A stretch of DNA of 32,000 nt from Cenarchaeum sp. (lineage in GTDB: Archaea; Thermoproteota; Nitrososphaeria; Nitrososphaerales; Nitrosopumilaceae): NCBI GenBank assembly GCA_965200655.1, contig CBDAUQ010000001.1:150276-182275 (forward strand), read 5' to 3'. Numbering within the stretch: position 1 is the stretch's first letter; each line of letters opens with the position of its first letter. Below the pieces are notes generated by a model that saw only the letters and a list, made by a program, of their open reading frames with translations, did no database searches and had not been told where the DNA came from. The translations under genes were made by a program, and so were the position numbers. Positions 25,561 to 32,000 of this stretch are shown piece by piece.

Positions 25561-26607
25561 GTGACTAGGGCCGCGGCCGCGCAGGCGCTTGGGTACGAGT
25601 GCAGCCGCCGCGGCCCGCGCCAGGCGTACTACCGCCCTCTCCGCTCGCGGGCGGAGGCGACGTTCGCGCAGGCCGTCGCCGAGGGCCTCTGCCGGCCTGC
25701 CCCGCGCAAGGCCCTCAGCCCGAGGTTCTTCTACGACGACCGCGGCTCGGCCCTGTTCGAGCGCATATGTGAGACGCCCGAGTACTATCTTACCAGGGTC
25801 GAGACGGGCATACTGGCGGCCGCGGGCGGGGAGATTGCCCGCGCCGCCGCGGCCTCTGCCCCCGCCGGGCGGGTCAGGCTGGTCGAGCTCGGCAGCGGCT
25901 CGTCGCGCAAGACGCGCCTGCTCCTCGACGCGCTAGCGTCCGTGCAGGACCGCACCGAGTACGTCCCGATCGACGTCTCGGACGTGATGCCGGCTAGCTG
26001 CGGCGCGCTCGTAGGCGAGTACGACGGGCTGACCGTGACGGGGGTCGTCGACGCGTACGGCGGCGGCCTCGAGTTCGTCAGGGGGCTTGGCGGCTCGGCG
26101 AACCTGGTCGCGTTCCTGGGCTCGAGCTTTGGCAACTTTGACGCGGCCGACGGCGCCGACTTCCTCTCCGTCCTGCGCGCCTCGATGCGCCCCGGCGACG
26201 CATTCCTGGCTGGGCTGGACCTGGTCAAGGACCGCAGCGTCCTGGAGGCGGCCTACGACGACGCGGGGGGCGTGACGGCCGAGTTCAACCTCAACATGCT
26301 CCGCAGGATAAACTCCGAGCTCGGCGGCGACTTTGACCTGTCGCGGTTCGAGCACTCGGCGCGCTACGACGCCGCCGAGCAGCGCGTCGAGATGCGCATA
26401 CGGTCGCTCGGCCGGCAGCTCTTCGAGGTCGCCGGGGCGGGCCTCGCGGGCGTGATCGGCGACGGCGAGACGATACACACCGAGAACTCGCACAAGTACA
26501 CGCTGCCGCAGATACGGGCCATGCTCGGCGGCGCCGGCCTGCCCGTCAGGCGCATCTGGACGGACCCGGCCGGCGCGTACGCGCTGGTGCTGTGCGGCGC
26601 GGCCTAG
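25561..26607 (+). CDS. egtD: L-histidine N-alpha-methyltransferase (EgtD family, ergothioneine pathway-type SAM methyltransferase)
   Basis: The characteristic EgtD blocks appear in order: PRFFYDDRGSALFERICETPEYYLTRVE, LVELGSGSSRKTRLLL, YVPIDVS, FLGSSFGNF, GLDLVKD...AYDDAGGVTAEFNLNMLRRIN, TENSHKY. GTG 25561 lies 27 nt from TATA TCTTTTTAAG (25529..25538). Confidence 0.8.
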   Translation: MTRAAAAQALGYECSRRGPRQAYYRPLRSRAEATFAQAVAEGLCRPAPRKALSPRFFYDDRGSALFERICETPEYYLTRVETGILAAAGGEIARAAAASAPAGRVRLVELGSGSSRKTRLLLDALASVQDRTEYVPIDVSDVMPASCGALVGEYDGLTVTGVVDAYGGGLEFVRGLGGSANLVAFLGSSFGNFDAADGADFLSVLRASMRPGDAFLAGLDLVKDRSVLEAAYDDAGGVTAEFNLNMLRRINSELGGDFDLSRFEHSARYDAAEQRVEMRIRSLGRQLFEVAGAGLAGVIGDGETIHTENSHKYTLPQIRAMLGGAGLPVRRIWTDPAGAYALVLCGAA

Positions 26608-26917
26608 CGTGCGGCCGCCGCATGGACCGGCGGCGCGCCCGCATGCCGGGCGGCAATTCGCGGGTCCGCGTGCCCGTATGCGGGATGCAGCGGCCCCTGC
26701 CTGCCCGGCGCCGCCGGCGAGGGACGGGAAAAAGGCGATCGGGCGCGAGGCTGGAAGGCGATGCGGCGCGGGGGCAGATGCATCCCGGCAGATGGATTGG
26801 GCGGCCCGGCGCATTGTGCGGACTCGGGCGAGGCCGGCCGCCCGCTTGGCGGCTTGCGGGGGGGCGCCATGCCGCCCTGTCTTTGCTTCTTCCTGCCGAC
26901 CGCAAACCGTGCGCAGG

Positions 26918-27274
26918 CTACCGGAATGGTATTTCTTTCTCGATCCTGTCTAGCACTTCGGCGGCATGCTTGCGCTGGGAGTCGCTTACCCTGAACCCCT
27001 CACAGTATCGCGCCCGCATGCTCATCAGGTAGAGGCTTTTGTAGTCCTTGCGCACTTGGGGCAGTTCCTGCTCGACCATCTCCTTTCTTTCGAAGTGGTT
27101 CTTGGGGGATTGCCCGGTTCGCACGGCGAGCCAATAGTTGATCTTGTGCAGTGCAGAGTAAAAGATCATGGTTACCTTCCAGTCGGCCAGATCGTCGTGA
27201 TTTGCATCAAGGCGCTCATAGACGCGCCTGTTGTACTCGCTCTGCTGCCTGAACCACTCCGTCTCCCTGCTCAT
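26918..27274 (-). CDS. HEPN-like all-helical protein (putative toxin component), tentative
   Basis: The 118-aa sequence carries DWKVTMIFYSALHKINYWLAVRTGQSPKNHFERKEMV...LYLMSMRARY. This follows the general HEPN helix layout (aromatic-rich helix, a ..G..pk.H.. turn, and a C-terminal R..Y). It has a 4-nt ATGA overlap with the upstream gene and A/T-rich codon usage. The assignment is by pattern only. Confidence 0.4.
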   Translation of the reverse strand: MSRETEWFRQQSEYNRRVYERLDANHDDLADWKVTMIFYSALHKINYWLAVRTGQSPKNHFERKEMVEQELPQVRKDYKSLYLMSMRARYCEGFRVSDSQRKHAAEVLDRIEKEIPFR

Positions 27275-27612
27275 AGTCCCGTCTCCCGCACATAGATTGT
27301 CTTGTAGCCTCCTAAGATGCCATCCGGCATGTCGGGGCCGTCTTGGATTGCTAGCGGACTGATCATGCGATCGGGTATTTCGTCCTCGATCTCTATTCCC
27401 TTGCTGGTGAGCTCGTCAATGGTTGTGCCGACCGTGCCGGGGTCGTCGTCGTGTATGACTAGTATAGTCACCTCCTGCCCGTCGTCCCTGTACCCGACTC
27501 TCGAGACGTAGCCCAAGCTGCATATTTTTTTGGCGATAAGAGACTCTAGCCTTGACACCTGTAGTGTGGACAACGAGATGGCCCGCTCCTGCCCCCCTAT
27601 AACTCTAGGCAT
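27271..27612 (-). CDS. Hypothetical protein (113 aa), upstream partner of the HEPN-like gene; possible degenerate minimal nucleotidyltransferase
   Basis: The start is ATG 27612 (MPRVIGGQERAISLS...). The helix-strand-strand segment LESLIAKKICSLGYVSRVGYRDDGQEVTILVIHDDD is only loosely MNT-like, with no clear GS...D.D motif. It is translationally coupled to the downstream gene. Confidence 0.4.
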   Translation of the reverse strand: MPRVIGGQERAISLSTLQVSRLESLIAKKICSLGYVSRVGYRDDGQEVTILVIHDDDPGTVGTTIDELTSKGIEIEDEIPDRMISPLAIQDGPDMPDGILGGYKTIYVRETGL

Positions 27613-27807
27613 CCGCGCTGCCGCGGTCGCGGACGGCGGGCTGGTCGGCACACGCGGCGCGGCCGTCGCACAGGGCGCAACCGGAAGGCGGCATCTGGCG
27701 GGCGCTGGCTCGGCGCGGCGGGCGCGCCCTCCGGCCGGCGCCGGCCCTGCCGACGGGCCCGCATGTTGCACGCAAGTGATTTATAGATACGCTGCCGCGC
27801 CCCCGCA

Positions 27808-29385
27808 TTGTCCGGCAAGAGGATAGTCCTGACGGCCGACCGGAGCCTCATGACCAACTACAGGGGCAACTTCCTGTACGGGTTCATAGCGTGCGGCCCG
27901 TACGAGGTGCTCCCCGAGTGGGTCTTTGACAGGGTGTTCTGCCCCGCCGTCGAGACCGACCCGACCACGGGCGAGGCAAAGGTCGCCCAGGTGGGCCTGC
28001 GCCGCGTCGAGGGGGCCCTGCTCCAGGGGTACTCGCGCGACGAGGTGTTCGTCGCCAACCCCGACCACCTCGAAAAGTCGATAGGGCCGGGCACAAAGGT
28101 CGTCGGCATCAACGTGATGGACCCCCTCGGCATGGCGCCCGTCACGACCACGATGTCGCCCGAAAAGCTCTCGTACGTGGCCATGAAGTTCAAGCGCATG
28201 TGCGCAAAGATAATCCAGCTAAAGAAGCGCCACGACTTCCACGTCGTCGTCGGCGGCAACGGCGCGTGGGAGCTCGCAAAGCCAGACCGCATGCGCGTGC
28301 ACGGCATCGACACGGTCGTCGTCGGCGAGGCAGACGAGCTCGCCCTCGACCTGTTCAACGACCTCGAGAGGGGCGATGCGCCCGAGCTCATGCACTGCTT
28401 TGTCAAGAACATACAGAACATTCCGGCCATACGCGGCCCGACCGTCAACTCGCTGATCGAGGCCATGCGCGGGTGCGGCCGCGGCTGCGACTTTTGCGAC
28501 GTCAACAAGCGCTCGAAAAAGGACCTGCCCCTCGACAGGCTGCAGCGCGAGGCCAAGATAAACCTCGACTATGGGTTCGACTCGATATGGCTTCACTCGG
28601 ACGAGATGCTCCTGTACGGGTGCGACAACCGCGACTTTGTGCCGAACCGGGACGCCATTACCGAGCTGTGGAGCGGGCTGAAGGGCCTCGGCGCCAACTT
28701 TGTCGGCACGACGCACATGACGTTCTCGGCCGTCGCGGCCGACCCCGAGCTCATGCGCCGCATATCCTCGATAAACCGCCAGCACGAGACCGGCAGGTGG
28801 CTCGCGACCAACCTGGGCATCGAGACGGTCTCGCCGAAGATGGTCAAAAAGCACCTCGGCGTCAAGACGCGCCCGTTCGCCGCCGACGAGTGGGGCAGCG
28901 TCGTGCGCAGGGGCGCCGAGATACTCAACGAGAACCACTGGTTCCCCGCCGCGACGATCATCATCGGGTGGCCCGACGAGACGCCCGAGGACGTGCAGGA
29001 CACGATACAGATGATGGGCGACTTTAGGGCCATGGACTTTAGGGGGCTGGTCGCGCCGCTGCTGTACCAGGACTTTGGGGAGCGCAACTCGATGCACTTT
29101 GGCAACCTCAACGAGGCGCAGTTCACGCTGTTCTGGCGGTGCTGGGAGAACAACCTGCGCGTCATCAACGACATCATACCGATCATCCTGCGCAACAAGA
29201 CGTACGGGCCGCCGATGAAGCTGTTCATGTACGGGATCATAAAGGCCGGCACATGGGCGATAATGAGGTACCTGCGCGGCCTGTGCAAGGACCTGTTCAA
29301 CGGCCGCACGCCCGACGAGATCGTCGACAAGTACGCCCGGGCGCGGTCGGTCTCGGCGCCGAGGATCGAGACGAAAAAGCTCTAG
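27808..29385 (+). CDS. Radical SAM enzyme with an N-terminal Rossmann/B12-binding-like domain
   Basis: The CxxxCxxC cluster CGRGCDFC lies at aa 223-230 (nt 28474..28497). An N-terminal ~200-aa alpha/beta domain (KRIVLTADRS..., HVVVGGNGAW, TVVVGEAD) precedes it. TTG 27808 lies about 25 nt from TATA ATTTATAGAT (27779..27788). The architecture is shared with archaeal class-B-like radical SAM enzymes. The specific reaction is unknown. Confidence 0.75.
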   Translation: MSGKRIVLTADRSLMTNYRGNFLYGFIACGPYEVLPEWVFDRVFCPAVETDPTTGEAKVAQVGLRRVEGALLQGYSRDEVFVANPDHLEKSIGPGTKVVGINVMDPLGMAPVTTTMSPEKLSYVAMKFKRMCAKIIQLKKRHDFHVVVGGNGAWELAKPDRMRVHGIDTVVVGEADELALDLFNDLERGDAPELMHCFVKNIQNIPAIRGPTVNSLIEAMRGCGRGCDFCDVNKRSKKDLPLDRLQREAKINLDYGFDSIWLHSDEMLLYGCDNRDFVPNRDAITELWSGLKGLGANFVGTTHMTFSAVAADPELMRRISSINRQHETGRWLATNLGIETVSPKMVKKHLGVKTRPFAADEWGSVVRRGAEILNENHWFPAATIIIGWPDETPEDVQDTIQMMGDFRAMDFRGLVAPLLYQDFGERNSMHFGNLNEAQFTLFWRCWENNLRVINDIIPIILRNKTYGPPMKLFMYGIIKAGTWAIMRYLRGLCKDLFNGRTPDEIVDKYARARSVSAPRIETKKL

Positions 29386-29466
29386 CGGCGGCGGGAGTGG
29401 CGGGAGTAGCGTCGTGCGCTGGCTTGCGGCGGGGCAACGGCGGCAGCGGCAGCCCGCCCCTGCCGG

Positions 29467-29796
29467 TCAGCCGTCCATCTGGGCCAGGGCGGAGTCTGCG
29501 ATGGTGTTGCGCTTTGGAGTGAGCGCGATAAAGTAGTTCTTGTCGGCCCTCTCGACCGAGTCGACCTTTTTGTACGACATGCCCTGCACGTCGAACTCGT
29601 AAATGCCTGGCTCCATCTCGCCCTTTGCGTATATCATGAGGTACGTGTCCGTCTTGCCCTGGCCGATTGGTATGAACGACATTACGTACCCCTTGTACGA
29701 GTTGACCGGCATGGTGTTCTTCATGGGCGGGGAGGCGGCCGACATGTACAGGAACACATCCTCTATGGTGGCAAACTCCTCGTACTCTACATTCAC
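29467..29796 (-). CDS. Hypothetical protein (109 aa)
   Basis: The composition is protein-like (MNVEYEEFATIEDVFLYMSAASPPMKNTMPVNSYKGYVMSFIPIGQGKTDTYLMIYAKGEMEPGIYEFDV...). It has lower GC than its flanks and converges on the radical SAM gene. No family was recognised. Confidence 0.55.
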   Translation of the reverse strand: MNVEYEEFATIEDVFLYMSAASPPMKNTMPVNSYKGYVMSFIPIGQGKTDTYLMIYAKGEMEPGIYEFDVQGMSYKKVDSVERADKNYFIALTPKRNTIADSALAQMDG

Positions 29797-30229
29797 GCTA
29801 CCGCGCCGGATGCAGGTAATAATAACCTAGGCGGCGGCCCCCGCCGGCGGCATGCGCGGATCCCTGCCCCGTGCGGACGGGCGCTGGCAGCGGCCGCGCC
29901 CCGCACTGCCACCCCCCACATGAGCGCGGCGCCGGTTGCGCGGGGCCGCCGCCGGCCCGCGCGATCGGGCGCCTGGCGCCTGTCGGCCCCGATGCCGTGC
30001 CCGGAACAGGGCCGCCGCCGGCCCGCGGCCGGGGCGCCGCGCAGGGCGCCCTGGGCGGCGATGCGCGGCGCCTGCGCACGGGCGCCCAGCCCGCCTGCGC
30101 CCGCCCAGGCCAATCCGGCACCCCGCCTGCGGAGGGGGGGGGGGGCGGAGGAGACGGGCGGGCGCCGCCGCGCCGCCGCCGGGATCTTTGCCCGCCGCCC
30201 CTTAGACTTATAGGCGCCCCGTATTTGCA

Positions 30230-30877
30230 TTGCCCGTGGGCCGCCGCAAGACCCAGAAGATAATCCGATCCATGCCTAGGAACGCGACAGAGGGGCAGTG
30301 CCCCCTGTGCAGGACGATAGGCCGGCTGTACATTACCGGCAGGGTCGGCCGCGAGCGGGCCAAGTGCCCCGCGTGCAACCAGACGTTCGTCGTGCCCGAG
30401 GTGGGCCCCGCCAGCGTCGTGGCCCCCACCGGCGAGTCGCACCTGTTCGCGATCCGCACCACCGGGGGCCAGGAAAAGATCGTCATGAACTCGCTCGAGG
30501 CCAAGGCCAAGGCGAGCCAGCTCAACGTAAAGTCGATCCTGCTCGTCGACAACCTGCGCGGGTACGTGGTCATCGAGGCCGGCGACCCGAGCGCCGCCTT
30601 CCAGGCTGTCGACGGAGTCAGGCACATACGAGGCCAGCTGCGCGGCGAGCTCGAGTTCAAGGACATCGAGGGGTACCTGATCAAAAAGTCGACCGTCACG
30701 TCGCTCGCAAAGGACCAGGTCGTCGAGATCACCGGGGGGCCCTTCAAGGGCATGCGGGCCACGATCACGCGCATCGAGCACGAAAAGGAAGAGGCGACGG
30801 TCGTCCTCCTCGAGGCGGCGTACCAGATGCCCGTCACGGTCGACGCCAACTACCTCAAGATTGCGCCGACCGTGTAG
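30230..30877 (+). CDS. spt5: Transcription elongation factor Spt5 (NusG homologue) with an N-terminal zinc-ribbon extension
   Basis: The NGN domain is HLFAIRTTGGQEKIVMNSLEAKA...LRGYVVIEAGD...VRHIRG. The KOW domain is LAKDQVVEITGGPFKGMRATITRIEHEKEEATVVLLEAAYQMPVTV. They are preceded in frame by CPLC-x18-CPAC. TATA ACTTATAGG (30206..30214) places a likely transcription start near GTG 30236. Start candidates are TTG 30230, GTG 30236 and ATG 30272, all upstream of the Cys pairs. Confidence 0.8.
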   Translation: MPVGRRKTQKIIRSMPRNATEGQCPLCRTIGRLYITGRVGRERAKCPACNQTFVVPEVGPASVVAPTGESHLFAIRTTGGQEKIVMNSLEAKAKASQLNVKSILLVDNLRGYVVIEAGDPSAAFQAVDGVRHIRGQLRGELEFKDIEGYLIKKSTVTSLAKDQVVEITGGPFKGMRATITRIEHEKEEATVVLLEAAYQMPVTVDANYLKIAPTV

Positions 30878-31069
30878 GCCGGCGGCGCATGTGGCGGGGC
30901 CGCCCCGTAGCCCTCCCGAAAAACCCGCACGATGCCCTGCCCGCCGCGTTCGCTCCGCTGCGGGGCCCGCCGCGCCCCGCCGCACGCGGATGCCTCCCCC
31001 GACTCGGTCGGGGGAGGGGGGCAGGAGTGCGGCTTGCGCACAAAAGAACCGCATCTACGCTGGGCACTG

Positions 31070-31894
31070 TTACGGCCCTGCGGTCCAATCGTGCATAGTG
31101 CCCCAGGGGCTTGGCGGCCGCGAGCCGCGGGCGGGGCTCGGGGCCTGCGGGCGTGCCCAACTGTGGATGGCCTCCCCGGGATTCGGCGGCAGGCTTGGCA
31201 GCGGGCTTTGCCCGCCGTAGTACACTCCGTACGCCCTGCGCGCCGCATCCCTCACTGCGCCCGCAAACTCCGCGTCAGAACCGCCGTACCGCAGCTCTTC
31301 CGGGTCTGGCGCCACTAGCACGCCGCCCTGCGGGCCGGCGATCACGCCGCCGGGCCCTGCGCCGGCGGACGTCCCGGGGGCCACCTCCCTGATCCGCACG
31401 CCACCCAAGCTGTCGACCACGGCGGCAAACTCCTCGCCGCGCCTGCACACCCCGAGCGCCGCTGCGTCCTCGATCGCGTTTTCCAGCTGCAGCAGGCACA
31501 TGCCCGTGTCGGAGCCGAGCCGGCCGTGCTCCACCGTCCGGTACCCGATGGCCATGTACAGCCGGTACATGATCGCCACGGCCGGCAATGCATGCCCCGC
31601 CGTCCCTCCCCTCTGGCCTGGCGGCGGGCGCGCCGGGGCGCCGCCGCCACCGCGTCCCCCCTCCCTCGCCCTTTTGCTGCTTTCCGGCGCTAGCCCCGCC
31701 GCGCCCGCCGCCTTGCCCCCATTCTCCCCGGGAGCGCCAGGCGTGCCGGCTGCCGGCCGCGCCGCCGCGCCGAGGCTGGGGCGCATGGGAAACCTGCACG
31801 GGTGCATGCGCGACACCGTCCACGCCCCGAGGGGGCCGACGTAGAGCGACTGCGGCGCGACGAACCTGCCCGACATTGAGGCGGGCGCGAGCAT
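31070..31894 (-). CDS. Hypothetical protein with an internal G/A/P-rich low-complexity insert
   Basis: ATG 31894 is the first possible start after the in-frame stop at 31943..31945. Protein-like segments are MLAPASMSGRFVAPQSLYVGPLGAW and AIMYRLYMAIGYRTVEHGRLGSDTGMCLLQLENAIEDAAALGV...DPEELRYGGSDAEFAGAVRDAARRAYGVYYG. The 3-prime ~45 codons may be a spurious extension. No family was recognised. Confidence 0.4.
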   Translation of the reverse strand: MLAPASMSGRFVAPQSLYVGPLGAWTVSRMHPCRFPMRPSLGAAARPAAGTPGAPGENGGKAAGAAGLAPESSKRAREGGRGGGGAPARPPPGQRGGTAGHALPAVAIMYRLYMAIGYRTVEHGRLGSDTGMCLLQLENAIEDAAALGVCRRGEEFAAVVDSLGGVRIREVAPGTSAGAGPGGVIAGPQGGVLVAPDPEELRYGGSDAEFAGAVRDAARRAYGVYYGGQSPLPSLPPNPGEAIHSWARPQAPSPARGSRPPSPWGTMHDWTAGP

Positions 31895-32000
31895 GATCCC
31901 CCCGTAGCCTAGCGTCTTGCCGAGGACGTATAGGCCCTCAGGTTATCAAGATCCTCTGGCCCGTGGGTCAATTTTAGCTCACCCGCCAGATTAAACCGCC

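Noticed and set aside
29798-31054. A 418-aa minus-strand ORF and several 89-266-aa ORFs around 29871..31248
   Set aside because: They are antisense or off-frame over the well-supported spt5 gene and the GC-rich upstream spacer. No motifs are present and the composition is R/G/P/A-rich.

Overview
This is a high-GC archaeal chromosomal segment; G+C is in the high 60s % by eye, with G/C at nearly every third codon position in core genes. Archaeal hallmarks are ribosomal proteins L1, L32e and L19e, Sec61-gamma/SecE, Spt5, archaeal-type D-aminoacyl-tRNA deacylase (DTD2), and TATA-like boxes centred about 24-27 nt upstream of many start codons, which implies mostly leaderless mRNAs. The composition and low-complexity G/A/P-rich protein inserts look thaumarchaeal (Cenarchaeum-like), but I cannot verify that without a search. 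Layout: (1) 0-6.2 kb holds housekeeping genes, interrupted by a complete IS66-family element (232..3431) with perfect 17-bp inverted repeats and an 8-bp target duplication. (2) 6.4-10.3 kb holds a secreted proline-rich protein, about 1 kb of apparently non-coding DNA, an orphan PIN-domain gene, and two paralogous ~280-bp TATA-proximal modules. (3) 10.5-19.8 kb is a metal-handling neighbourhood: a CDF exporter with three tandem C-terminal domains, a ZIP importer, a NirK-like two-domain copper oxidase, a wHTH regulator, and a 1275-aa protein with 12 NHL blades, His/Asp-rich loops and a 16-unit near-perfect 63-bp in-frame tandem array. (4) 19.8-29.8 kb is an accessory mosaic. It contains an AbrB-like orphan, a second decaying IS66-like element with a frameshifted transposase, G11 tracts, and a lower-GC two-gene cassette (unknown 131-aa protein plus a 392-aa HExxH...E metallopeptidase-like protein). 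It also contains egtD, a HEPN-like two-gene pair, a B12-domain-like radical SAM enzyme and a small orphan protein. (5) Last come Spt5 with an N-terminal zinc-ribbon extension and one hypothetical gene. Most long ORFs in the supplied track are stop-free antisense or off-frame artefacts of GC-rich DNA and were not called. The best candidate for an undescribed system is the low-GC cassette at 23.75-25.44 kb. The paralogous promoter-proximal modules are a candidate ncRNA family. All functional calls rest on motif recognition by eye; no database search was possible.
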